DNA from: Spirochaetia bacterium
Lineage (GTDB): Bacteria > Spirochaetota > Spirochaetia > SZUA-6 > Bin103
Assembly (NCBI GenBank): GCA_965203055.1
Contig: OZ241863.1
Coordinates: forward strand, 640,001-704,000
Length of the DNA stretch: 64,000 bases
Direction of reading: 5' to 3'
Positions 51,769-60,932 of this stretch are shown here, piece after piece. The notes under the pieces are model-generated. The model did not search any database, was not told the origin of the DNA, and was given only the letters and a program-made list of their open reading frames with translations. The first letter of the stretch is position 1, and every line of letters starts with the position of its first letter. The position numbers were made by a program, and so were the translations under genes.

Positions 51769-52338
51769 GTGGCTACTAAGCCGGTCGATGCACTGCATAA
51801 GAATTTTGCTGATCTTCTTGCATTTCTGGACCAGGCCGACCAGATTTCATTCCGAATTACGGCGGATGACAACTTCAGGAAGGTGTTACTGTTGGCTGCC
51901 GCGAGTTACTTCGAAAGGCAACTGACGGAGGTAGTGGTATCTTTCGTGAGGGCCGTGACGGCACCGGATCACGTCGTTACGTGGTTGATCAAGAAACGGG
52001 TAGTGGGACGACAGTACCATACCTGGTTCGATTGGGAGGCTCGTAACGCGAACAAATTCTTCAGTATGTTCGGCAATTCGTTCAAGAACCACATGAGTAA
52101 GCTGGTCAACAGGGACGACACACTGTCTTTCGCAATTCAGGCGTTCATGGAGATTGGGCGAGAGCGAAACCTGATGGTGCATCAGGATTTTGGAAGCTAC
52201 ACCCTCCAAAAGACATTGGAAGAGATATACGAAATGTATCGTTCTGCGGCCAAGTTTGTCGAATGGTTTTCTCAGGAACTCAGGAGATACTCGGTGACTG
52301 GAACGGACACGTCGCAGGGAGCGCAGCTCCGTACCTGA
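51769..52338 (+). CDS. HEPN domain protein (RiboL-PSP/MAE_18760-like)
   Basis: LLLAAASYFE helix and Rx4H motif RNLMVH. Confidence 0.82.
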   Translation: MATKPVDALHKNFADLLAFLDQADQISFRITADDNFRKVLLLAAASYFERQLTEVVVSFVRAVTAPDHVVTWLIKKRVVGRQYHTWFDWEARNANKFFSMFGNSFKNHMSKLVNRDDTLSFAIQAFMEIGRERNLMVHQDFGSYTLQKTLEEIYEMYRSAAKFVEWFSQELRRYSVTGTDTSQGAQLRT

Positions 52339-52391
52339 CCCTTGAGAGCGCCGGCGGTAATGGGGTTTCGCGCACCATCGCACGGACCGGG

Positions 52392-55349
52392 TCATACGCG
52401 GAACACCTTCATCACTTCGTCGCCGAGGTGGTTGATCACCTTGACGGCGATGCGGCCTGACTCCGGGCGGTCGAAGGGGCGGGAGGTGTCGCTGTGGAGG
52501 GTCTCCCAGGCGTCGCGGTCGATCTCGGCCTTGAGGGTGGTCTTCAGCGCCTTGTAGGGGTCGCTGGCGCCCAGGAAGTAGGCGTGGCGGACGAAGAAGC
52601 TCTCCTCGTCGTAGTCGGTGTCGATGAACCAGCAGGCGATGCCGTCAGGGCCGTCGCTGCGGACTTCGCCGGTGTTGGGATGGAACACGTCCACGCCGTT
52701 GACCTTGACCCGGAGGCGGTCGGCGGCGCCGCTGTCGTCGGCGACCGGCAGGAGGTCGATGTCGGGCTCGCCGAAGATCACGAACAGGTTGCCGGCGCCG
52801 GTGTTCTTGAGGTCGCCGGCCATGTGCAGGTCGGCGTTCATGCGCGCCTTGAGGATCGGGACGCGGCCGAGGCGGCCGAGTTCGCCGGCGTGGGCGTCGT
52901 AGCTGAAGGCGCAGGCGATCAGCACGTCGTAGTCGGCGTCGGCGGCTTCGCGGGCGGCGGCGGCGAGATCGGGGCGGGCGACGGTGCCGAACTCGGGGCC
53001 GATGAAGACGCCGGCGCGCCGTTCGGCGCCGGTGTCGGAGGCGCCCTCGAGGTAGCGCCCTTCGGCGCAGATCAGCTTGCCCGGCCAGGGGGTGAGGGCG
53101 GTGAAGGAGATGCGGTCTTCCTTGTGCGCCTGCTGGACGCCGGCGGTGCGCAGGTTTTCGAGGATCATGGCGGCGAAGTCGTGCTGGCCGCCGTCGTCGT
53201 AGCCGGTCTTGCGCTCGGCGAGGTGGTCGATCAGGCCGTCGTTCTCGTCGACGCCCAAGGTGCGGTGCGGCGCCAGGCTTTCCACCGTAAACGGGCCGGC
53301 TACGCGCACGATGCCCCGATCTTCGTAGGGCTTGTCGTAGAGGTACTCGTAGTCCGCCTTGGCGGCGATGGAGGCGTCGATCTCCCGCTGGCGGGCGATG
53401 CGCGCTTGCCACCAGCGGCGGTGCAGGTCGGCGGGGCCGGCGTCCCACGGGTCGAGCGGCCGCTCCGGGACCGTCGCCGGCGAGTAGGCGCGGCCCAGCG
53501 CGCGGTTCAACGCCCGCAGCGCGGTCGCCTTCGCGGCGTCGGTCGGCGCGTCCTGAGTCCGCTGCCACGCCGCGGCGGCCGCGGCCGGCCACGGATCGCC
53601 CGGTTCGCGCGGAATCTCCCACTCCTCCCAGGTGCGGGCGAGGGCGGCGTTGAGTGCCGCGCGCAACGGCTCCAGGGTCTCCTGCCAGCGCTCATGGATC
53701 ACGTCGATCTCGGTGTTGTTGGCGATCGACTTGAGGGTGACGTGCGGCACGCGCTCATACACGAACCCCTGCCGAATGTCGCCGCTGGTCGCGCTCTCGG
53801 ACGGAACCGTCTGCGACAGTTCGGCTTCCTTGCGCCGTCCGTCCACGCTGTCCGCCAGCAGGTAGTACGGGTAGCGCGCGCCCATCACGCGGGAGCGTGC
53901 CAAGGCCAGGGCGACGCGCGAGGTGTCGATGGTGATCCAGCGCCGCCCCCACTGCTCGGCCACGTAGGCGGTGGTACCGGAACCGCAGGTAGGGTCAAGC
54001 ACCAAGTCGCCGGGATCGGTGGTCATGAGGATACATCGTTCAACCACCGACGCGCTTGTCTGTACCACGTAGATCAAACCCGTACCAATCTGCAGGGACT
54101 CCCATCGGTCGGTAATCGGTAGCACACTAAAGTCGCCAATATACCGCTTGTAGCGGATCGTCTTGGAGCCGGCCGCTATCCTTCCGCACTTTGCCAGATT
54201 CTCAAGCCCTTTTACGGTGGTCTTCCAGTGACTACCTCCGGAAGGGTTATACATCCTTCCTTGAAAAGAAAATGGCTGTGCAATCGATGATTGACCGGAA
54301 CTGATGAGACTCGTATGTCGAAATATCCGACCGTCAGGTAAGTCTACAAGCCGCTCGATCTCCGCCTTCGAAAGCCGTCTTTCCGTACCATCTTCCAACT
54401 CGATCTGATCATATCTGTCTGACGATACATGACCGGTGATTCGTGAGTTGTATAGCTGCCGGTATTTCGAATATTCCTTTGGATTATTTGATTTCGCGTA
54501 CCAGAGAATGAAATCTACTGTGTTCGCAAGAAGAGTTCCTGATTGACTTCCTGTTTTCTGAAATTGGATAATCGATACAAAGCTGTCTTCGCCGAATATC
54601 TCATCCATCAAGTCTCGCACGCGATGGACGTTCTCGTCGCCGATCTGTACGAAGATGCTGCCGCTCTCGGTGAGCAGGTCGCGCGCCACGGTCAGGCGGT
54701 CGCGCAGGTAGGTCAGGTACGAATGAATCCCGTCGCGCCACGTGTCGCGGAACGCCTTGACCTGTTCGGGCTCGCGGGTGATGTGTTCGGCCTTGCCGTC
54801 CTTCACGTCGCGGCTGGTGGTGGACCACTGGAAGTTGGAGTTGAACTTGATGCCGTAGGGCGGGTCGAGGTAGATGCACTGCACCGCGCCGCGCAGCCCC
54901 TCGCGCTCGGCCAGCGACGCCATCACCTGCAGGCTGTCGCCCAGGATCATGCGATTCGACCAGTTGGCGTCGTGGCGGTAGAACTCGGTGCGGGCGTCGC
55001 CGTCGGGCAGGCCGTTGAAGTCGGCGAACAGGTCGATCTGGTCGTCCGCGGCGCGTTCGTTCGCCTTGCTGCGCCGCAGCAGGTCGTCGATCAGGGCCTT
55101 GGGGTGGACCTTCTCCTGGATGAACAGCGGGGGCGCCTGGACCACGAGGTCGGACCAGTCCTGCTCGTCCTTGCCGCGCCACACGAGCTGCGGATCGAGA
55201 TCCTGGTTGCGCCGCCGATACGCCACCCGGACCGGGTGCTGATCGGCCTTCTCCATCAGCGACCGGTACTCCGCGGTGGGAATGTTCTTGCGCGACGCAT
55301 CGTCGTGCGTAATGGTCTCGACGGCCTTGGCCGCCCTGCGCTTCGCCAT
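52392..55349 (-). CDS. Site-specific DNA methyltransferase (Type III Mod-like, beta class)
   Basis: NRMILGDSL, motif IV DPPY before motif I VLDPTCGSGTT, C-terminal RIAVKVINHLGDE. Confidence 0.9.
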   Translation of the reverse strand: MAKRRAAKAVETITHDDASRKNIPTAEYRSLMEKADQHPVRVAYRRRNQDLDPQLVWRGKDEQDWSDLVVQAPPLFIQEKVHPKALIDDLLRRSKANERAADDQIDLFADFNGLPDGDARTEFYRHDANWSNRMILGDSLQVMASLAEREGLRGAVQCIYLDPPYGIKFNSNFQWSTTSRDVKDGKAEHITREPEQVKAFRDTWRDGIHSYLTYLRDRLTVARDLLTESGSIFVQIGDENVHRVRDLMDEIFGEDSFVSIIQFQKTGSQSGTLLANTVDFILWYAKSNNPKEYSKYRQLYNSRITGHVSSDRYDQIELEDGTERRLSKAEIERLVDLPDGRIFRHTSLISSGQSSIAQPFSFQGRMYNPSGGSHWKTTVKGLENLAKCGRIAAGSKTIRYKRYIGDFSVLPITDRWESLQIGTGLIYVVQTSASVVERCILMTTDPGDLVLDPTCGSGTTAYVAEQWGRRWITIDTSRVALALARSRVMGARYPYYLLADSVDGRRKEAELSQTVPSESATSGDIRQGFVYERVPHVTLKSIANNTEIDVIHERWQETLEPLRAALNAALARTWEEWEIPREPGDPWPAAAAAAWQRTQDAPTDAAKATALRALNRALGRAYSPATVPERPLDPWDAGPADLHRRWWQARIARQREIDASIAAKADYEYLYDKPYEDRGIVRVAGPFTVESLAPHRTLGVDENDGLIDHLAERKTGYDDGGQHDFAAMILENLRTAGVQQAHKEDRISFTALTPWPGKLICAEGRYLEGASDTGAERRAGVFIGPEFGTVARPDLAAAAREAADADYDVLIACAFSYDAHAGELGRLGRVPILKARMNADLHMAGDLKNTGAGNLFVIFGEPDIDLLPVADDSGAADRLRVKVNGVDVFHPNTGEVRSDGPDGIACWFIDTDYDEESFFVRHAYFLGASDPYKALKTTLKAEIDRDAWETLHSDTSRPFDRPESGRIAVKVINHLGDEVMKVFRV

Positions 55350-55576
55350 CTACGGGTAGTCCTTCTCGGTCTCGGCCGGCAGGCAGCGCACCGCCGGCAC
55401 CGGCGCGCGCGGTTCGATCGCGGTGTTACACATCGATCGCGTCTCCCTGTTGGTGTCGATGGCCAAGTCTACCGGTCTTCCCCACAATTCTTCCAGATAC
55501 TCCCGGGTGGGCGGCGGGGCGCCGCGCGCCCATGCAAAAGCGCCGCCGACGCCGCGCCGTTGTAGGGATCAGAGAA

Positions 55577-56566
55577 ATGGCACCACCCCTGCATCAGCCC
55601 CACGATCACCTGTTCCGCCTGGTGTTCGCCGACCCCGAGGAGACCGCCGCCTTCCTCCGCGCCCGGCTGCCGGACTCGTACCAGGGCGGCATCCTCTGGT
55701 CCTCCCTGCGCCGCGCCGCAGGCTCCTTCGTCGACCAGGAGCTGCGCGGCTCCGTCACCGACCTGCTGTTCGAAGTGCGCAGCGCCGCCGCGGCGCCGCG
55801 GCAGTGGCTCTACCTGCTGTTCGAACATCAGTCCCAGCCCGACCGCTGGATCACGCTACGCCTGCTGCGCTACTGCTGCCGCATCTGGGAGAACGACCGC
55901 CGCGACCACCCCGACGAGCAGTACCTGCGCCCGGTGCTGCCGCTGGTGTTCTACCAGGGCGAGCACCACTGGCACTACGCCATCGAACTGGCGGAGTCGT
56001 TCCCGCCGGCGCTGCGCGGCCAGCCGTGGGTACCCCGCTTCTGCCCGCTGCTGCTGGACCAGACCCGGATGGCGCCGGCGGCGGTGGCCGGGGAACTGCA
56101 CGGGCGGTTGCTGCAACTGGCGATGATGCACACCTTCGAGCAGGAGCTGGGGGAGGCGCGGAAGCGAATCGCGCCGCTGATAGGGGAGTTGAAGTGGAAG
56201 CCGACGCACGGCGGGGTGGACTACTACCAAGCGTTCCTGAGGTATATTGTGAAGACCGGGCCGGCGGACACGCTGCAAGCGCTGGGTGAGCTGCTGCGGC
56301 GCCTGGCGCCGGAACTGAGAGGTGATCTGATGACCTGTGGCGAGATACTGCGCCGGGAAGGCGAATTGAAGGGCCGCCAGGAAGGCCGGCGGGAGGGCCG
56401 CCGGGAAGGCGAACTGAAAGGCCGGCTGGAGACCATCGACGGGTTCCTGCAGGCCGGGATCAAGTGGCCGGTGATCCACTCCGCCACCGGCATCGACGAG
56501 CCCACCTACCGCACCCTCAAACGCGGCGCCGCCAACGGCACGGAGCAGGCCGCGCCCCGCCAATAA
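55577..56566 (+). CDS. Rpn/YhgA-family PD-(D/E)XK nuclease
   Basis: PHDHLF, SFVD..L....TDLLF, LYLLFEHQS, PVLPLVFYQG, tail EGRQEGRREG repeats. Confidence 0.92.
   Translation: MAPPLHQPHDHLFRLVFADPEETAAFLRARLPDSYQGGILWSSLRRAAGSFVDQELRGSVTDLLFEVRSAAAAPRQWLYLLFEHQSQPDRWITLRLLRYCCRIWENDRRDHPDEQYLRPVLPLVFYQGEHHWHYAIELAESFPPALRGQPWVPRFCPLLLDQTRMAPAAVAGELHGRLLQLAMMHTFEQELGEARKRIAPLIGELKWKPTHGGVDYYQAFLRYIVKTGPADTLQALGELLRRLAPELRGDLMTCGEILRREGELKGRQEGRREGRREGELKGRLETIDGFLQAGIKWPVIHSATGIDEPTYRTLKRGAANGTEQAAPRQ
56330..56566 (+). CDS. Putative internally initiated small Rpn protein (RpnS-like, 78 aa)
   Basis: In-frame ATG preceded by GAGAGGTGAT, immediately before the EG repeats. Confidence 0.6.
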   Translation: MTCGEILRREGELKGRQEGRREGRREGELKGRLETIDGFLQAGIKWPVIHSATGIDEPTYRTLKRGAANGTEQAAPRQ

Positions 56567-56645
56567 TCCGCGCCTTGGAAGTGCGGCCCGCCGGCGCCGG
56601 CGGTTGCCAAGGGCGGGCGCGGCTGATAGCGTTGAATGGCCCCGC

Positions 56646-57737
56646 ATGCCTGCTCACCTCAGCCATCTGCTGTTTGCCGAGGATGCCCTGCGCGCAGCCA
56701 CCCCCGAGGCCGACTGCCTGCTGGAGCGCGCCGGCAATCTGTTCCGCTTCGGCGCTCAAGGCCCCGACATATTCTATCATAGCCAGCGTACCCGGCCCGT
56801 TGCGCTGCGCTACGGCACGCTGATCCACCGGCACGGGTTCGGCAGCATGGTGGCCCACATGACGCAGACGGTGCTCACCGCGGCGCGGCGTACCGGCGCC
56901 CCGGACCCGCAGCAGGTCGCCTTTCTGCTGGGCTTCGCCACCCACGCCGAGCTGGATCGCTTCACCCACCCGTACATCATCTGCCGCGCCGGGTGGGTGC
57001 GGCGGCAGGAGCCAGCCAGCCAGCGGTACCGGCGCTGCCACGCGTTTCTGGAACGGCTGTTGGACGTGGCGGCGTTGCGCGCGCTGCGCTCCCAGGAGCT
57101 CCATCAGTTCGACTTCTTTTCGCAAGTCTACTGCGGTGAGAGCCTGCCGTACTCGACGCTCAAGATGCTGGTCAAGGCGGTGGACGGCGTCTACCCGACG
57201 GCCAGCTACAAGTCGCGCAACCGGCGCCGGGTAGAGAATGCCTACGGCGACGCGTTGCGCTTCTACACCTTGACCGACCACCGCAACCCGCGGCTGCGGC
57301 GGCGCGCCCTGGAGCTCGACCGGCGCGACGGCGACCACCACCGGCGGGGCGCAGTGTTTCACTTCCCCGACGCCGGCCGGGAGCTGGACCCGGCGAATCT
57401 CCAACGCCGGCCATGGCCGCATCCCTGCTGCCCCGAGGTTCGCAGCGAGGCGAGTTTCCTCGACCTGATGGCCGCCGCGCACCGGGCGCTGGTACCGCGC
57501 CTGCGGCGCCTGGCCGCGCTCCTGCGGCTGCCGGCCAGCGGCGCCGGCGCCCCGGAAGCGGCCGCCCGCCGCGTTCCCGACGAGGCCGTTGCCGGCCTCG
57601 CGGAGGAGTTCGGGAATCAGGGCCTCGGGGCGACCTGCGCCGGCCGCACCTGCACGCCGGTCCACGCGGAACCGTTGCCGCTGGCCGAGTTGTTGGAGCG
57701 GCTGCACCGCGAGCCGGCGGCCGCGGCCGCCCGTTGA
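56646..57737 (+). CDS. Zinc-dependent phospholipase C-like family protein
   Basis: MPAHLSH, GAQGPDIFYH, GFATHAELDRFTHPYI, CHAFLE. Confidence 0.8.
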   Translation: MPAHLSHLLFAEDALRAATPEADCLLERAGNLFRFGAQGPDIFYHSQRTRPVALRYGTLIHRHGFGSMVAHMTQTVLTAARRTGAPDPQQVAFLLGFATHAELDRFTHPYIICRAGWVRRQEPASQRYRRCHAFLERLLDVAALRALRSQELHQFDFFSQVYCGESLPYSTLKMLVKAVDGVYPTASYKSRNRRRVENAYGDALRFYTLTDHRNPRLRRRALELDRRDGDHHRRGAVFHFPDAGRELDPANLQRRPWPHPCCPEVRSEASFLDLMAAAHRALVPRLRRLAALLRLPASGAGAPEAAARRVPDEAVAGLAEEFGNQGLGATCAGRTCTPVHAEPLPLAELLERLHREPAAAAAR

Positions 57738-57752
57738 CCGGTACCCGAACCG

Positions 57753-58403
57753 TTGCCGAGCGATGCGGCTACCCGCGGCTTCGAGCGCGGTACGGAGCGC
57801 GACCGCGGCTTCGAGCACGTTGCCAAGTTCCTGTTGTTGCTGGGCGGGACCGCCGCGGCGCAGGTGCTGTCACGGCTCACCGCCGGCGAGGTGACGGGCA
57901 TCATCCGGGAAGTCGCCCGCACCGGCCACGTCGAGCAGCGTGAAGCGCGGCGCATCCTGGAGGAGTTCGGCTACGTGACGGACACCCGTGAGTTGTACGC
58001 CCGCGGCGGCGCCGCCGCGGCCGCCGCCATGCTGCGGGCCGGCGTCGGCGAGGAGCGGGCGGCGGCGCTGTTGGCGCGCTTGCCGGCGCCCATGCCGGCG
58101 CCGGCCGGCGAATCCGAATCCGGGGAGCAGCCGGGCGCGTCGTTGCTGGCGGCCGCGGACGCGGCCCTGCGGCAGGCAGCGGCGGAGCGCAGCGACCGCC
58201 AGCTCGCCTGCGCGCTGGCCGCCGCGCCGGCGCCGGTGGCGCGCCGCCTGCGCGCCTGCCTGCCGCCGCCGCGCCGGGCCGCGGTCGAAGCCCAGGCCGC
58301 CGGCGCCGCCGCTACCCTGGCCGCCGTCCGGGCCGGCGCCCTGCGCGCGCTGGAACGGGAGGTCGAGCCGCTGCAGCAACCCGCTGAGGAGCCTCCGCAG
58401 TGA
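57753..58403 (+). CDS. Short, divergent FliG-like protein
   Basis: VAKFLLLLG...A..VL..L...E...I..E.A, ILEEF, GG...A..ML; start uncertain. Confidence 0.55.
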   Translation: MPSDAATRGFERGTERDRGFEHVAKFLLLLGGTAAAQVLSRLTAGEVTGIIREVARTGHVEQREARRILEEFGYVTDTRELYARGGAAAAAAMLRAGVGEERAAALLARLPAPMPAPAGESESGEQPGASLLAAADAALRQAAAERSDRQLACALAAAPAPVARRLRACLPPPRRAAVEAQAAGAAATLAAVRAGALRALEREVEPLQQPAEEPPQ

Positions 58404-59749
58404 ACACGGTAAGAAGATCGTCGAGCACGAGTACGCCGCCGCCCGCGCGCCCGCCGCGGGTGTCGATCGCCGACCTGCCCCGTCACCTGGGCGAGCGGGT
58501 CGAGATCGCCGGCTGGCTCTACAACATCCGTTCCAAGGGCAAAATCCACTTTCTGCAGCTCCGCGACGGCAGCGGGCGCGTCCAGGGAGTGGCGGTCGGA
58601 GGCGAGTGCGACCCGCAATCCTTCAACGCGCTGGGCGCGCTCAAGCTGGAAGCCAGCCTGGTGGTGCGCGGGGAGGTGCGCGCCGACGCCCGCGCGCCGG
58701 GGGGCGTCGAATTGGGCGTGCGCAGCGCCGCCGTGTGCCACAACCCGACCGCCGACTACCCCATTGCCAAGAAGGCGCACGGCATCGACTTCCTGCTGGA
58801 GCACCGCCATCTCTGGCTGCGCTCGGCCCGCCAGGAAGCGATGCTGCGCGTCCGCAGCCGCGCGGGCGCCAGTCTGCGCCGCTTCTTCGAGCAGCGCGGC
58901 TTCATCCACGTCGACACGCCGATTCTCACCGGAGCGATCGGCGAAAGCGCCGGCGCGCTGTTCAGTCTGGCCTATTTCGACCTCGGCGATGCCTATCTGG
59001 CCCAGACCGGCCAGCTCTACCTGGAAGCGGCCTGCGCGGCCCTGGGCCGGGTGTACAACTTCGGTCCCACGTTCCGCGCCGAGAAGTCCAAGACGCGCCG
59101 CCACCTCACCGAGTTCTGGATGCTGGAAGCGGAGGTGGCATTCATGGACCAGCGCGGCAACCTGGAGCTGCAGGAGCAGCTCGTCAGCACCGTGGCAGCC
59201 GACGTGGTGGCCGAATGCGCCGCCGAACTGGAAACGCTGGGCCGCGACCTGGCGCCGTTGCGCGCCGTGCAGGCGCCGTTCCCGCGGCTCGACTACGGCG
59301 CCGCGGTGGAGTTGCTGCGCGCCGCCGGCAGCGCCATCACCTGGGGGCAGGACCTGGGAGCCGACGACGAAACCATCCTGTCACGCCGATACGAGCGCCC
59401 GGTGTTCATCGTGAACTACCCGCGCGCGGTAAAGGCGTTCTACATGAAGCGCAATCCCGAAGCGCCGGACACCGTGCTCTGCGCCGACCTGCTGGCGTCC
59501 GAGGGGTACGGCGAGATCATCGGCGGCTCGCAGCGGGAGGACGATCATGATCTCCTGCAGGAACGCATCCGCGAGGCGGGCCTGCCGCTGGAGGCGTACC
59601 GCTGGTACCTCGACCTGCGGCGGTTCGGCAGCGTGGTGCACTCCGGCTTCGGCCTCGGTCTGGAGCGCACCGTCGCCTGGCTCACCGGCAGCGCCCACGT
59701 GCGCGAATGCGCGCCGTTTCCGCGCACCCTGTCCCGCATCTATCCCTGA
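58400..59749 (+). CDS. asnS: Asparagine--tRNA ligase
   Basis: FLQLRDGSG, RHLWLRS, FGPTFRAEKSKTRRHLTEFWM, GEIIGGSQRE, HSGFGLGLER. Confidence 0.96.
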   Translation: MNTVRRSSSTSTPPPARPPRVSIADLPRHLGERVEIAGWLYNIRSKGKIHFLQLRDGSGRVQGVAVGGECDPQSFNALGALKLEASLVVRGEVRADARAPGGVELGVRSAAVCHNPTADYPIAKKAHGIDFLLEHRHLWLRSARQEAMLRVRSRAGASLRRFFEQRGFIHVDTPILTGAIGESAGALFSLAYFDLGDAYLAQTGQLYLEAACAALGRVYNFGPTFRAEKSKTRRHLTEFWMLEAEVAFMDQRGNLELQEQLVSTVAADVVAECAAELETLGRDLAPLRAVQAPFPRLDYGAAVELLRAAGSAITWGQDLGADDETILSRRYERPVFIVNYPRAVKAFYMKRNPEAPDTVLCADLLASEGYGEIIGGSQREDDHDLLQERIREAGLPLEAYRWYLDLRRFGSVVHSGFGLGLERTVAWLTGSAHVRECAPFPRTLSRIYP

Positions 59750-59800
59750 CGCCGGGCGCCAACCGCGGCGCCCCGGGGGTATACTAAGGGCAGCGCAAAG

Positions 59801-60271
59801 ATGTTCTCTCTCGGAATCGCATACCTGCTGTGGGCCGTTGGCGGCTTCGGCACGCTCGGACTGCACCGCTTCTATCTGCGCAAGCCGGGGACCGGCATTC
59901 TGTGGCTGCTCAGCGCGGGGGTCTTCTGGATCGGCGCCCTGGTGGACCTGTTCCTCATCCCGCGCCTGGTGAACGAAGCCAATCTGATCGCCCGCGGGCG
60001 CGAAGACCTCCCCGCGCCCGCGCCGCCGACCCCGGAGTCTCTGGAACAAGCGATCCTGCGCGCCGCCCAGGCGAACGGCGGCCTGGCTTCTCCCGGCGCG
60101 GTTGCCGCCGGCGGCAACTGGACCCTCGACGAGGCCAAGTCCTGCCTGGACGGCATGGTGGACAAGGGCTACGCCGAGCTGCGGCCCACCAGGAGCGGCG
60201 CGCCCAGCCTGGTCTACGTGATCCCCGACTTCCTTACCGACGCCACCCGCGCGCAGCTCGAGGACCTGTAA
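59801..60271 (+). CDS. TM2-domain membrane protein
   Basis: AYLLW..G..GLHRFYL.KPGTGILWL...D.FLIP.LV. Confidence 0.85.
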   Translation: MFSLGIAYLLWAVGGFGTLGLHRFYLRKPGTGILWLLSAGVFWIGALVDLFLIPRLVNEANLIARGREDLPAPAPPTPESLEQAILRAAQANGGLASPGAVAAGGNWTLDEAKSCLDGMVDKGYAELRPTRSGAPSLVYVIPDFLTDATRAQLEDL

Positions 60272-60302
60272 GCGGTTCGGGCCGGGTTCGGGCGGTTGGG
60301 GC

Positions 60303-60923
60303 CTAGTCGACGCGGCCCTTGGTCGACATGGCGGCGGTGGACGGCGCGCAGGCCGCGGCCAGGGCGCGCCCCAGCGCCTTGAACAGGGCCTCGACCATGT
60401 GGTGCGCGTTGACCCCGCGGCGGACGGTGGCGTGAACGTTGATCCGCGCGCGGGTCGTCACCGCCAGCAGGAACTCGCGCACCAGCGCCACGTCGAAGGT
60501 GCCCACCAGCGGCTGCGGGTAGCCGGCCTCGTAGTGCAGATAGGGCCGGCCGCCGGCGTCTATCACCACCTCGGCCAGTGCGTCATCCATCGGCACCAGG
60601 GCGCTGCCGAAGCGCATCACCGGGGCGTGGGCGCGCGCCTCCCGCAGACAGTCGCCCAGCACCAGCCCCACGTCCTCCACCAGATGATGGGGATCGACCT
60701 CCACGTCGCCGCGCGCCCGCACCTGCAGCTCGAAGCGGCCGTGGAACGCCAGCGCCTTGAGCACGTGGCTGAAGAACGGCACCGGCGTGTCGATACGCAC
60801 CGGGCCGCCCTGATCCAGACCCAGCACGATCGCGATCCGGGTCTCCTCGGTGTGGCGTTCGACGCTTGCGCTGCGCTGCGCGCCGGTTGCCGGCGGCGGT
60901 CGCGGCTCCTCGGGACCGGGCAT
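60303..60923 (-). CDS. hisB: Imidazoleglycerol-phosphate dehydratase
   Basis: R.TEET, DPHHLVED, PMDDAL, NAHHMVEALFKA, STKG. Confidence 0.95.
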   Translation of the reverse strand: MPGPEEPRPPPATGAQRSASVERHTEETRIAIVLGLDQGGPVRIDTPVPFFSHVLKALAFHGRFELQVRARGDVEVDPHHLVEDVGLVLGDCLREARAHAPVMRFGSALVPMDDALAEVVIDAGGRPYLHYEAGYPQPLVGTFDVALVREFLLAVTTRARINVHATVRRGVNAHHMVEALFKALGRALAAACAPSTAAMSTKGRVD

Positions 60924-60932
60924 CGGGCGCCG

